Part shown: in pieces, positions 52,701 to 62,662 of the stretch
How positions within the stretch are numbered: position 1 is the first letter of the stretch
Layout: every line of letters begins with the position of its first letter
Origin: Parcubacteria bacterium DG_74_1
GTDB lineage: Bacteria > Patescibacteriota > Minisyncoccia > Minisyncoccales > DG-74-1
Assembly: GCA_001303125.1 (NCBI GenBank)
Contig: LJNE01000006.1
Location: 9,169-73,168 of the forward strand
DNA length: 64,000 nucleotides
Reading direction: 5' to 3'
Program-made: the position numbers and the translations under genes
Notes under the pieces: generated by a model
What the model saw: only the letters and a program-made list of their open reading frames with translations
Told to the model about the DNA's origin: nothing
The model's database searches: none

Positions 52701-53890
52701 AGATTTAGTCTCTTAAATTCTTCTCTCGCCACCCGCCTGTCGTCCCAAGGAACCTTTCTACCGCGAGCTTCTACCAACCAAGGTTCACAGCCTTTACCGG
52801 TAATAATTATCGCGTCTCCTGCTCGGGCAAACCCTAGGGCTTTTTTTATTGCTTCTCTCCTGTCTAATATTTTTTTAGCCTTACCATTAGTTTCTTTGGC
52901 TACTTGCTCAATAATTTCCATTGGGTCTTCGTCATACGGATCTTCGTTCGTCACGATTATCTCATCACAATATTTCACCGCTAACTTCCCCAGCTCAGGT
53001 CTTTTCCATTTATCTCTTCCCCCGCCGCAAGCGCCGAGCACGCATATCATCTTTCTCTTTTGAGGTTTTAGAGTTTGATAAACCTTTTCCAGGGCATTCG
53101 GAGTAAAAGCATAATCAACAAAAACCTTGAAGGGTCGGGAGATCACTTCTTCCATGCGACCCGGGATTCCCTCCATTTTTTCAATAACTCTTTTACAGAT
53201 ACCTAAATTAATTTCTTGAGACAGGGCAACGCAGGTTGCGGCCAAGGCGTTATAAATATTAAATTTGCCAAGCAATTTAAGGCCGAACTGAATATCGCTG
53301 TTTTTGACATCACCATTTTCTAAGCCATAAGTATATTTTTTCTCTGCAGGAAAACTCAAAAAATAATCAGCATTTTCATCTTCAACGTTTATAATGTGAA
53401 TTTTTTTAGTCGCTGCGAAAAGTCTACCCTTGGCTTTTTTGTAATTTTCAAAGCCCTTGTGAGCTTCGATATGCTCTGGCGATAAGTTGGTCAATACGGC
53501 TACCTCGAAGTTAATAAACCTATGGCGGTGTTGTAAAATCCCCTCTGAGGTAACCTCTAAAACTGCATACTGACAGCCAGAAGTAACTGCCTTTCTTAAA
53601 AATTCTTGAATTTTGAAACGGCCAGGCATGGTCATTTTTAACATGTTCGACTCCTCCTCCTCTCCAATCTTAAACCTGATCGAATTCATAACAGCTGTTT
53701 TATACCCGGCTTCTTCTAAAACTTTAGAGATCATTTCTGTCGTTGTCGTCTTTCCATTGGTTCCGGTTACTCCAATTACTTTTATCTTCCGAGAAGGGAA
53801 TGCATAAAAAAAGGCGCCCAAAAGAGCCAACAAAAAATGATACCAGTCAAGCAGGAAGGAGGGGATAAATTTTTTAATCAAACCCTTCAT
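52697..53890 (-). CDS. Mur-ligase family protein (MurE-like, lacking the N-terminal domain)
   Basis: 397 aa. VIGVTGTNGKTTT, NLSPEH, DYAFTPNAL (versus DYAHTPDAL), GACGGGRDKWKRPELG, TNEDPYDEDP and TGKGCE. It overlaps archease by 4 nt. Confidence 0.75.
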   Translation of the reverse strand: MKGLIKKFIPSFLLDWYHFLLALLGAFFYAFPSRKIKVIGVTGTNGKTTTTEMISKVLEEAGYKTAVMNSIRFKIGEEEESNMLKMTMPGRFKIQEFLRKAVTSGCQYAVLEVTSEGILQHRHRFINFEVAVLTNLSPEHIEAHKGFENYKKAKGRLFAATKKIHIINVEDENADYFLSFPAEKKYTYGLENGDVKNSDIQFGLKLLGKFNIYNALAATCVALSQEINLGICKRVIEKMEGIPGRMEEVISRPFKVFVDYAFTPNALEKVYQTLKPQKRKMICVLGACGGGRDKWKRPELGKLAVKYCDEIIVTNEDPYDEDPMEIIEQVAKETNGKAKKILDRREAIKKALGFARAGDAIIITGKGCEPWLVEARGRKVPWDDRRVAREEFKRLNL

Positions 53891-53949
53891 TAATTTTATT
53901 CTAACTTAAACTTGAAAAAAGAGAAAATGTGAGCCAAAATTAATCTGTT

Positions 53950-56013
53950 ATGTTCAGACTGGTTTCACGTTTCAGGCCGACCGGCGATCAACCTCAGGCG
54001 ATAGAAAAATTAGTTAAAAATTTAAAAGCTGGGGTACAACACCAGGTACTTTTGGGAGTGACAGGTTCGGGCAAAACATTTAGCATGGCTAAGGTAATTG
54101 AAAAAATCCACAAGCCCATTTTGGTTATATCTCACAATAAAACTTTAGCAGCCCAACTATATCAAGAGTTCAAGGAATTTTTTCCGGAAAACGGAGTCCA
54201 CTATTTTGTTTCTTATTATGACTATTACCAGCCCGAGGCCTATATTCCCCAGACCGATACTTATATAGAAAAAGACGCCAAAATTAACGAAGAAATTGAT
54301 AGATTGAGGCATGCTACCACTCAAGATGTTTTATCCAGGAAGGACGTTATCGTTGTGGCTTCAGTTTCCTGTATTTATAATATCGGCTCACCCGAGGACT
54401 ATCAGAAAGTTTCTTTAGAAATAAAAGGGGGCCAGAAAATAAAAAGAGGGGAATTAATCTCCCATCTGGCTTCCTTGCAATATCAGAGAAACGATATTGA
54501 TTTCAGGCCGGGGAACTTCAGGGTCAGGGGAGGTATAGTCGATATCTGTTTGGTCACAGGACAAGAGACGCTGCGAATTGAATTTTCTGGCGATAAAATT
54601 GAAAGGATTTTTATTTCTAAGCCAGGCCTTGATCCTAAATTCAGTCTTCTAAATACTAAGTACCAAATTTTTCCCGCTCATTTCTGGGTTACTCCCCAAG
54701 AAAAACTGAATATTGCTATTGGAAATATAAAATTAGAGCTTCAAGAGCAGCTGAAAAAATTAAAAAAACAGGGCAAATTATTAGAGGCCCAAAGGTTGAG
54801 ACAAAGAACAAGCTATGACTTAGAAATGCTCAATGAGGCCGGCTATTGTTATGGAATCGAAAATTACTCCAGACATTTAGAATTCAGGCAGCCAAGAGAA
54901 GCTCCATTTTCTCTCCTAGATTATTTTGGTTATTCAAACCACCCAAGCAATAAATTAATACAACCAGATTTCATTGTTTTTATTGACGAATCACACATAA
55001 CCCTACCCCAGCTCCACGCTATGGCCAACCAAGACAGAGCCAGAAAAGAAACCTTAATTGAATACGGTTTTCGCTTACCTTCGGCTATTGATAACCGGCC
55101 TTTAACTTACGGAGAATTTGAAGAAAGAGCCCCTCAAATAGTTTATATTTCGGCTACGCCAGCCCAAGAGGAAAAGAAGAGGGCCGGCAAGGAACATATT
55201 GTCGAACAATTACTCAGGCCAACCGGATTATTGGAACCATCGATTGAGATCAGGCCAATTCATCCTTTACCTAAACGAACGAGTGTTTTTAAAAGTGCCG
55301 ACGTCCGTTACGCTAGAGAAACGAAAAATCAAATTCAGGATTTAGTGGAAGAAATTAAAAAGCGGGTAGCTAAAAAACAACGAGTTTTGGTTCTTACTCT
55401 TACTAAAAGATTGGCTGAGGCTGTCTCTGATTATTTAACTGAAAGAGGAGTCAAGGCCCAGTGGCTTCATGCCGAAGTCAAAACCTTAGAAAGACCGCAA
55501 GTCCTTAAAAAGTTAAGAGAAGGGAAACATGATGTTCTGGTAGGAATTGGTTTGTTGAGAGAAGGGTTGGATTTACCAGAAGTGGCTCTAGTAGTAATTT
55601 TAGACGCGGATAAAGAGGGTTTTTTAAGATCAGAAACTACCCTTATTCAAACAATGGGCCGGGCAGCTAGGCATCAAGAGGGCCATGTTATTTTGTATGC
55701 TGATAAAATAACTAAGTCGATGAAGCTAGCGATTGCTGAAGTCATAAGAAGAAGGAAGATTCAGCAAAAATATAACAAAAAGCACCAGGTCACTCCTAGG
55801 CCGATTATTAAAGAAATAAGAGACTGGCCATTTGCTTTCAAAAAGAAGGAGGTAGCCTCGGAGTTCTGGCTAGTTCGAGATAAAAAATTATTAGAGAAAG
55901 AAATGCAAGAAGCTGCTAAAGACCTAGATTTCGAAAGGGCAACCGAAATCCGCAGCTTGATAAATAAGCTAAAAATACAAGACGAAAAGTTAAAACTTGC
56001 ACCAAAAAAATAA
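53950..56013 (+). CDS. uvrB: Excinuclease ABC subunit B
   Basis: 687 aa. PTGDQPQAI, GVTGSGKTF, the beta-hairpin region YYDYYQPEAY, the DESH box and a C-terminal UVR domain. Confidence 0.97.
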   Translation: MFRLVSRFRPTGDQPQAIEKLVKNLKAGVQHQVLLGVTGSGKTFSMAKVIEKIHKPILVISHNKTLAAQLYQEFKEFFPENGVHYFVSYYDYYQPEAYIPQTDTYIEKDAKINEEIDRLRHATTQDVLSRKDVIVVASVSCIYNIGSPEDYQKVSLEIKGGQKIKRGELISHLASLQYQRNDIDFRPGNFRVRGGIVDICLVTGQETLRIEFSGDKIERIFISKPGLDPKFSLLNTKYQIFPAHFWVTPQEKLNIAIGNIKLELQEQLKKLKKQGKLLEAQRLRQRTSYDLEMLNEAGYCYGIENYSRHLEFRQPREAPFSLLDYFGYSNHPSNKLIQPDFIVFIDESHITLPQLHAMANQDRARKETLIEYGFRLPSAIDNRPLTYGEFEERAPQIVYISATPAQEEKKRAGKEHIVEQLLRPTGLLEPSIEIRPIHPLPKRTSVFKSADVRYARETKNQIQDLVEEIKKRVAKKQRVLVLTLTKRLAEAVSDYLTERGVKAQWLHAEVKTLERPQVLKKLREGKHDVLVGIGLLREGLDLPEVALVVILDADKEGFLRSETTLIQTMGRAARHQEGHVILYADKITKSMKLAIAEVIRRRKIQQKYNKKHQVTPRPIIKEIRDWPFAFKKKEVASEFWLVRDKKLLEKEMQEAAKDLDFERATEIRSLINKLKIQDEKLKLAPKK

Positions 56014-56072
56014 ATATGATAATATAGCTTTACGCTTTTCGTTTTTTATTCTTTTTATTTAAGAAAAGGGTT

Positions 56073-56336
56073 ATGGCCATAACTAAATCAGCTAAAAAAG
56101 CCCTACGGCAAAGCCTAAAAAGAAGAACTAGAAATATACAGCAGAAAGAAAAAATAAAAAGCCTGATTAAACAGGTAAGGAATTTAGTTTCTCAAGAAAA
56201 TGGAGGAGAGGCAAAAAAGCTCTTGCCCCAAATCTATAAATTATTAGACAAGGCAGCTAAAGCCAGATTGGTCAAAACGAATACAGCGGCTAGGAAAAAA
56301 GCTAGGATAACTAAGTTAATAAATAAAAATATATAG
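56073..56336 (+). CDS. rpsT: Ribosomal protein S20
   Basis: 87 aa. ITKSAKKALRQSLKRRTRN..LDKAAKARLVKTNTAARKK. Confidence 0.9.
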   Translation: MAITKSAKKALRQSLKRRTRNIQQKEKIKSLIKQVRNLVSQENGGEAKKLLPQIYKLLDKAAKARLVKTNTAARKKARITKLINKNI

Positions 56337-56385
56337 TCGCTCCCGCCGCGAAATGGCTTATAGCTTCGCTCACGTTTATATCGAT

Positions 56386-57321
56386 TCATATCCCTGCAAT
56401 AAGTAAATCCAGCGCTACTTCGGGTTCTATCTTGCCAGTTTTAATATCAAGATCTGCCTGAGAAATTTTTTGGTAGATTTTTTTTAGCTCGCCCAAGGAA
56501 AAATTTCTAGCTTGTTGGATTGTTTTTTTGACTACATAAGGGTGCGCACTTAATCTAGCCCCTGATTTTACTATCAGGATGTTGCGCAGTTGAAAATTAA
56601 TCATTGTCAAAAGATATAAGGGGGCATCGCCTTTTTCCAAATGTTTGCGCAATAACCCTAGGGCTTGCTTTTTGTTTCTTAAGGCCATAGCATCAATTGT
56701 TTTAAAAATATCTAATTCGATTTTCGGCCTGACTAAAAGTTCAACATCTTCTGCCTCGACAGTCCCTTTATTTTTGTAATTAACCAGTTTTTTAATTTCG
56801 TTGGACATTTGCCAGAGGTTATTACCAACAAGGTCTATCAGTCTGTCTAGGGCTTTTTCTTCGATTCTTGCCTGATTGATACCAGCTCTTTGTCGAGAAA
56901 GAGCCTGGTAATCTTTGAGCTTTTTCTTGGCCCAATTCTTTAATTTTTGACCCTCTAGGAGTTGAAATTCTTGAGATTTTGCTTCCTTTTTAAGAAATTT
57001 AAAGAGAGGATTATCTTTTTCTACTTCTTTTTTCTCATAAATTAAAATGATATTGTCGAAATTAATAATTTTTTTTCCTTGCTTTAAAAATTCTTCTTGA
57101 AAATCATTATTATCAAAAACGCCTTTTAAAATTATCAATTTTTTCTCTCGAAATATAGAACGGGTCTCAATCTCGTTTTTAAAGTCCTGAAAAATTAAAT
57201 TTTCGTCATCAAAATATCTTAAATTCAGGCCACTCTTGTGGGTTTTTCTATAATACTCAACGATTTCTTTTAGTTTCTGGCGAGAACGGTAAGTGTCTTG
57301 CCCGTAGAGAAAAATTATCAT
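56386..57321 (-). CDS. holA: DNA polymerase III delta subunit
   Basis: 311 aa. MIIFLYGQDTYRSRQKLKEI start, AAA+-like domain layout and helical C-terminal domain. The call is based on overall pattern. Confidence 0.65.
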   Translation of the reverse strand: MIIFLYGQDTYRSRQKLKEIVEYYRKTHKSGLNLRYFDDENLIFQDFKNEIETRSIFREKKLIILKGVFDNNDFQEEFLKQGKKIINFDNIILIYEKKEVEKDNPLFKFLKKEAKSQEFQLLEGQKLKNWAKKKLKDYQALSRQRAGINQARIEEKALDRLIDLVGNNLWQMSNEIKKLVNYKNKGTVEAEDVELLVRPKIELDIFKTIDAMALRNKKQALGLLRKHLEKGDAPLYLLTMINFQLRNILIVKSGARLSAHPYVVKKTIQQARNFSLGELKKIYQKISQADLDIKTGKIEPEVALDLLIAGI

Positions 57322-57354
57322 AACCTTGGCGCTTTTCGCAAAAACTTTTTTAGG

Positions 57355-58035
57355 TCATGTTTCTATTTGAAATGCCCTATAAAGTAAAATTGCGCCTATC
57401 AGATATCCCCACCTGGCATAGATTGGAGAAATAAACATGCAGATGGTTACCATGGGGAAAGTTAAAAATACAAACCCTAAGCCATAGAGCAGCCCCTTCT
57501 GTCTTACGTTTTTCTCTTTTAATTTTAAGGCGTTGTACGAAATTATACCTAGTATTAAAAGAGGAACCAATAAAGACATCCAGAAAAACAATATAGACAA
57601 AACGTCCGGTTCGGCAATAAAGTTTCTAACTACAGTATAAGGAAAAAACTCGAAAGGAGCCTGAATTACCTCACTGTCAAAAGAAACAATCCTTATGCCA
57701 AATACCAAGAATATCATTAGTATTAAACCCAAGCCAAAGGAAATCTTGCGCAAACTTTCTGCGGCAAAACCACAAACAAACCAGAATAGTAAAATACTTC
57801 CTAAGATATGGAAAATACCGCCAAGCAAGAGAACGCTTTCTTGAATTTTATACATCTCTAGTTGGATAAACAGGTCCCTGATGGCATACATTAAAATTCC
57901 CAACCCTATCAAGGTTAAACTGACGCCTACTACCTTACCCGGGAAATAAGTTATTTCTTTAGCCTTGCGATAAAAATTAGCCCCGGCCCAGCAAAGTAAA
58001 ATAATTGTTAAAAACATTACTGACTGAGTAAACAT
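57355..58035 (-). CDS. Hypothetical 7-TM membrane protein
   Basis: 226 aa with about 7 hydrophobic helices. No motif recognised. Confidence 0.55.
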   Translation of the reverse strand: MFTQSVMFLTIILLCWAGANFYRKAKEITYFPGKVVGVSLTLIGLGILMYAIRDLFIQLEMYKIQESVLLLGGIFHILGSILLFWFVCGFAAESLRKISFGLGLILMIFLVFGIRIVSFDSEVIQAPFEFFPYTVVRNFIAEPDVLSILFFWMSLLVPLLILGIISYNALKLKEKNVRQKGLLYGLGFVFLTFPMVTICMFISPIYARWGYLIGAILLYRAFQIET

Positions 58036-58051
58036 ATTCTAAAACCGATCA

Positions 58052-58786
58052 TTAAAGCGGTTGACATTTAGGGCAAAAATAAGCAGATCTGCCGCCAATC
58101 TTTTCTCTTTTTATTGCTGCTCCGCAGCGGCTACATTTCTTTCCTTCCCGGCCGTAAACCTTAAGAAGCTTAAGGTAATCGCCTTCCTGACCACAAGCGT
58201 CACGGTAATATTGCTCAGTAGTTCCACGATATTGAATAGCTTTCTTTAAGATTTTTTTAACATTATGGAAAATTTGCCAAGCTTCTTTTTCAGACAACGT
58301 TTTTACTTGTCGTAAAGGATGAATCCTAGCGGCAAATAAAATCTCATTTGAATAAATATTACCAATACCCGCAATAGATTTCTGGTCCATGAGTAGGGGT
58401 TTAATTTTTGTATTTGATCGTTTTTTAAAAAGAGTTTTGAGACTTTTAAAGTCGACTTCCAGCGCTTCAGGGCCGAAACCCTCCTCGGCTCTCTTTGTCC
58501 CTTTTACTTTTTTCCACCAGCCAAACTTACGCGCATCGTTAAAAGTCAAATGTGAGCCGTCTTCAAAATAAAAAACCTTACGGGTTGATGACGAAGGTTT
58601 TCCATTAAAAATTAATTGACCAGTTAGTTTGAGATGAAAAATTAAGCTTGAATTGTCGCTAAAATCAATTATTAGAAGCTTAGCCCTTCTCCTAACATTG
58701 GTAATCTTTCGGTTTCTTAATTTCTTGCCGATAACTTTCCGGGCTAATTGCCGTTTTATTGTTTCAACCTCCGGCAACTCCGGCAT
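58052..58786 (-). CDS. mutM: Formamidopyrimidine-DNA glycosylase
   Basis: 244 aa. MPELPEVETI (Pro2 nucleophile), an H2TH region and the C-terminal zinc finger CSRCG..CPKCQ. Confidence 0.93.
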   Translation of the reverse strand: MPELPEVETIKRQLARKVIGKKLRNRKITNVRRRAKLLIIDFSDNSSLIFHLKLTGQLIFNGKPSSSTRKVFYFEDGSHLTFNDARKFGWWKKVKGTKRAEEGFGPEALEVDFKSLKTLFKKRSNTKIKPLLMDQKSIAGIGNIYSNEILFAARIHPLRQVKTLSEKEAWQIFHNVKKILKKAIQYRGTTEQYYRDACGQEGDYLKLLKVYGREGKKCSRCGAAIKREKIGGRSAYFCPKCQPL

Positions 58787-58787
58787 C

Positions 58788-59153
58788 TTATTTTAGGACG
58801 TTCTTAATTTTTTCGATAATCTCCCCTGGGGTAAAGTGAGCCTTAATCAAATAATCAACTGCTCCCAGCTTTAACCCTCGCTCCACGTCTTCCTTTTGGC
58901 CAAGATTAGAGAGGACGATAACTGGGATTTTGGCTATATTTGGATCTTCTTTTTTCTGCGATAGAACCTCGAACCCGTCAATGCCTGGCAAAATTAAATC
59001 AAGCAAGACAAGGTCAGGTTTTTCTTCTTTCACTTTTTTTATACCTTGCTCGCCATCGATCGCCTCTGAAGTTTCGTAGCCTTCCTTAATTAATTTTTGG
59101 ACAATTAATTCCCGAAGGAATTTATCATCCTCGACAATTAGAATTTTTTTCAT
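58788..59153 (-). CDS. Single-domain response regulator (CheY-like receiver)
   Basis: MKKILIVEDD..PDLVLLDLILPGIDG..IPVIVLSN..KLGAVDYLIK, with no output domain. The start is trimmed to the ATG at 59153. Confidence 0.88.
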   Translation of the reverse strand: MKKILIVEDDKFLRELIVQKLIKEGYETSEAIDGEQGIKKVKEEKPDLVLLDLILPGIDGFEVLSQKKEDPNIAKIPVIVLSNLGQKEDVERGLKLGAVDYLIKAHFTPGEIIEKIKNVLK

Positions 59154-59227
59154 AATGAGAATTTTGACTAAGACGATATCCAACAAAGTGGAATATCACC
59201 ATCATTGAAGTTACCTTGGCTATATTT

Positions 59228-59596
59228 CTATTTTCCAATTTGTCTGGCTACTTTATTAATCACTTCCTGAGGGTCAAATTCAGTTTTAACCAGCCAATCT
59301 TTTGCTCCTAATTTTTGAGCCCGATCTAACTCTACTGGCTGACCAGAATTAGAAACGACGATTACTGGAATCTTACTCAATTCTTGATCTTTGGCCATTT
59401 CTTCCATAACTTCAAGTCCACCCATTTTGGGCATAATGATGTCTAGCAGAACCAGGTCTGGCCTTGCTTCCTTCATGGCTTTTAGCCCTTTTTCGCCGTC
59501 TCTGGCGACCGAAACCTTATAACCCTCTCTTATTAATTTTTTTTGGAGGAGATCAATCATGATTTCCTCGTCCTCAATTAGTAAAATTTTTTTCAT
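59228..59596 (-). CDS. Single-domain response regulator (CheY-like receiver)
   Basis: 122 aa. MKKILLIEDEE..PDLVLLDIIMPKMGG..IPVIVVSN..KLGAKDWLVK, with no output domain. Confidence 0.9.
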   Translation of the reverse strand: MKKILLIEDEEIMIDLLQKKLIREGYKVSVARDGEKGLKAMKEARPDLVLLDIIMPKMGGLEVMEEMAKDQELSKIPVIVVSNSGQPVELDRAQKLGAKDWLVKTEFDPQEVINKVARQIGK

Positions 59597-59820
59597 AGTT
59601 ATAATTTATTTACATAAAGTTTTAATTAAAATTCCTACAAGAAAGGAGGAACTCCCACCACTAAGATCCTCTTTCCTCTATTTAATTATACTTAAAATTT
59701 AACCAAAAATCTAGAAGGGAATATTCGGGTTAGTCTCCAAAGATCTTGCTAACCCGCGCTATGGCCCCTTGTTCGTATCCATTATAACAAAACTAGAAAA
59801 TAAAAGAAACAAGCCAAGCG

Positions 59821-61395
59821 TCAAAATTCTCTTAAAAAACCTTCAAATTCTTCTTTAATCGGCAGGGCGAGATAAAAGGTGGTCCCCTTACCTTCTTCGG
59901 ACTCAAACCAGATTCTCCCACCGTGTGCCTCAATAATATTTTTGGTAATAAACAAGCCAAGACCAGTCCCTTCGGTTGCCATTCTTATAACATTAGCTCC
60001 TCGAAAAAATTTAGCAAATACTCTTCCTTGTTGGTCTTTGGGAATACCGACCCCAGAATCTTTTACCGAAAGCTCTATTTCCTTTGGGGTATTTTTTAAG
60101 GAAACTATCACTCTCCCGCCTGCCTGAGTGTATTTTATAGCATTATCAAGAAGATTTTCAACAGCCAATCTTATTTTTTCAATATCTAGCATGGCCCGAC
60201 GAGATTTCTTTTTTGGTTTTCTAAATTCTATTTTTATTTTCTTCCTTTCAGCTTCTCCTTTACAAGAATCAACTACAAACTGAACAATAGGCTCGAATTC
60301 GGTCAGAGCTGGTTTGTAAATATATCTCCCCTCTTCAATTCTAGTTATATCCAAAAGATTATTAATTAGGGTAATCATTCTTTCGTTGGATTGATAAGTT
60401 TTTGTAATAAAATCTCTCTGCTCTTCGGTTATCTTACCAAGGTCTCCATCTAAAAGCATTTTCAGGGTCCATTTAATCGCCGAAAGAGGTGTTCTTAGTT
60501 GATGGGCGGCCAAGGAAACAAATTCGGTTTTCATTTTCTCAACCAGCTTTTCGCGGGTGATGTCATGGAGAATAATTAGATTCCCTATTCTTTCTTTTTT
60601 TCTTAATACTGGAACAGCAGACATTTCTAAAGTTAAATCTTTTTTAAGAGATACTTCTTTTCTAAAAATTTCTCCAACTTCTTCCGTCAAAACCTTTATT
60701 AGAGGTTTTAAGGTAGGAAAAGTGCTTAATTCCGAGATTGGCCTGTCGATTAAATCTCTGGCTTTGATATCAAAGAACTTTTCAGCCAAAGGGTTCATCA
60801 GAGAAAGCTTGTCTTCCTCGCCAAATACCAAAATTCCGTCAGTAAGATTAATGATGATTGCTCCAGTTTTATTTTTTTCTTCCTCTGCTTTGGCCCTTGC
60901 TTCTTCTACGTCCTCTAATATGTTAGCTAGAGCGACCTGAGTCTCTCTTAGTTCTTTTTCTCTCTTTTTAATGCCGGCTAAATTAAAAAAACCTAGAAAA
61001 TAGCCAACGATTTCTCCTTCTTCGGTTTTTCTTAAAGTAGCAGAGGCGCTTCCGAGAATTTCTTTTTTGTTCTTGGTGAAAATACTGAGTTCTTCTGCTC
61101 TGACAAACCCTTTTTCTAAGGTTTGCTTTGATATTTCCCCAAGTCTCCCTTTGTCAAAAACTTCCTCTGCAGGTTTTCCGATAATTTCCTCAAGCCTATA
61201 ACCAGATAGCTCCTCAAAAGAAGGATTAGCGTCTAATATTATTCCTATCGCGCTGATAAGACAAACCGGTAGGGGTAAAAAAGAAAATAGGTCCCTGGCA
61301 TAACTCTCGAGAGAGGCTAAGTCTTCCAAGAGAATAGAGACTTTATCTTCTTCTCCCCTCCTTATTCTTTCTTTTTTCCCCTTTGCTACTGCCAT
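59821..61395 (-). CDS. Soluble PAS-domain sensor histidine kinase
   Basis: 524 aa with no TM helix. Two PAS-like regions precede the H-box SLAAHQLRTPLSAIKW, the N-box LDNAIKYT, G1 DSGVGI and G2 GTGLGL. Confidence 0.9.
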   Translation of the reverse strand: MAVAKGKKERIRRGEEDKVSILLEDLASLESYARDLFSFLPLPVCLISAIGIILDANPSFEELSGYRLEEIIGKPAEEVFDKGRLGEISKQTLEKGFVRAEELSIFTKNKKEILGSASATLRKTEEGEIVGYFLGFFNLAGIKKREKELRETQVALANILEDVEEARAKAEEEKNKTGAIIINLTDGILVFGEEDKLSLMNPLAEKFFDIKARDLIDRPISELSTFPTLKPLIKVLTEEVGEIFRKEVSLKKDLTLEMSAVPVLRKKERIGNLIILHDITREKLVEKMKTEFVSLAAHQLRTPLSAIKWTLKMLLDGDLGKITEEQRDFITKTYQSNERMITLINNLLDITRIEEGRYIYKPALTEFEPIVQFVVDSCKGEAERKKIKIEFRKPKKKSRRAMLDIEKIRLAVENLLDNAIKYTQAGGRVIVSLKNTPKEIELSVKDSGVGIPKDQQGRVFAKFFRGANVIRMATEGTGLGLFITKNIIEAHGGRIWFESEEGKGTTFYLALPIKEEFEGFLREF

Positions 61396-61991
61396 TTTAT
61401 CAGATACTCGTGATATTCATCCCCCTTAAAAGGACACTTTCTTTCCTGGCAGGTTATTTGGGGGCTTTTAATTATCAGAGAAAAAAGACCAGACATATAA
61501 CCTCTTAGAAAAATGCAGTAAATAGGATGAAGATTAAAATCTTTCAGCTGTAAAACGGCATATTTTTTCTCCTTATTGAATTCAATCGGAACCAATCTCC
61601 CTATGGTCCAGTGTTTTCTCCAAATTTTCTGACCTTCTCGTAAAAAAACTTTTGGAACTGAGGAGATGTATTTGATAAAAAATTTGGCAACCAAAGAAAC
61701 TCTGGTTCCAAAAAAACCAATCTCCTCAATCTTTTTATCATCAAAATCAAAAACTTTTTTAATAGCCAGAAGAGAAAGAGCTCTCAATCCTACCGGGTAA
61801 TAGCCGAACGTTTCAATCTCTTTGTATTTTATTGGGTAACCCAATTCCCCCAGCTCCTCTTCTACCTTCTTAAGCCCCTCTTCTCCTTTGTTTTTTAAAA
61901 TATAATCACGGTCAATTGTAAGGGTCACCCCCCTTGTTTCTCCTTTAACCTCCATTAATTTTTGGACCTCTTCTTTGGCTATTCCTTTCAT
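61386..61991 (-). CDS. H-NOX/V4R/DUF2378-like putative ligand-binding protein, paralog 1 (kinase-proximal)
   Basis: 201 aa. It shares YP, WRKH, HPIYC, GY and C-terminal ERKCPFKGDEYHEYLIKW with the three upstream paralogs. Its stop overlaps the kinase start (ATGGCAGTAG). Confidence 0.55.
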   Translation of the reverse strand: MKGIAKEEVQKLMEVKGETRGVTLTIDRDYILKNKGEEGLKKVEEELGELGYPIKYKEIETFGYYPVGLRALSLLAIKKVFDFDDKKIEEIGFFGTRVSLVAKFFIKYISSVPKVFLREGQKIWRKHWTIGRLVPIEFNKEKKYAVLQLKDFNLHPIYCIFLRGYMSGLFSLIIKSPQITCQERKCPFKGDEYHEYLIKWQ

Positions 61992-62041
61992 TTTATTGCT
62001 AGAAAGCTTTAATTGACATTTTTCGTCTTTTAATTTTCATT

Positions 62042-62659
62042 TTACTCCCACCTTATTACGTATTCATGATAGGGGCCTCCCTTAAAAGTACATTTTGTTT
62101 CTTCAACCGAAAATTTTTCACTTCTTTGTATGTATTGAGTTAATCGAAGGAAGTAGCCAGCTAAAAAGACGCAAATCACCGGATGAATTTTGAAGTTTCT
62201 AACTTGGAAGGTAACCCGTTTTTCTTTGTCGTTTGGATAAACTTCCAATTCTCCTATCGTATAATGTTTTTTCCAATATATATAGCCTAGCTTAAATACC
62301 GATATGGGCGCCGCCTTCAGAAAACGTAAATATTTTATTAACGTCTTTACGACAGGGGAATACTCAGATACAGAGTAGCCCAGATTAAAAATTTCTTTGT
62401 CTCCCCAGTTAAAAACTTCTTTTATCGCCAATAAATGACTTGCATATAAACCGATTGGGTACCATTGAGCAGGCTTTATTCTCTCGTACTTAATCGGGTA
62501 TCCCCAATTCTTTAGTTTTTCTTCTAGAGACTTTACTGCTTTTTCTCCTTTTTTCGCTTTTATATACTCCAAATGAATTAAAAATGTCGCTCCCGCTACC
62601 TGCCCTGGAACTCCTTTTAATTTTTCAATTTCCTGTTCAGTAACCTGACCTTTGGGCAT
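62042..62659 (-). CDS. H-NOX/V4R/DUF2378-like putative ligand-binding protein, paralog 2
   Basis: 205 aa with WYP, WKKH, HPVIC, GY and ETKCTFKGGPYHEYVIRW. Confidence 0.55.
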   Translation of the reverse strand: MPKGQVTEQEIEKLKGVPGQVAGATFLIHLEYIKAKKGEKAVKSLEEKLKNWGYPIKYERIKPAQWYPIGLYASHLLAIKEVFNWGDKEIFNLGYSVSEYSPVVKTLIKYLRFLKAAPISVFKLGYIYWKKHYTIGELEVYPNDKEKRVTFQVRNFKIHPVICVFLAGYFLRLTQYIQRSEKFSVEETKCTFKGGPYHEYVIRWE

Positions 62660-62662
62660 ATT

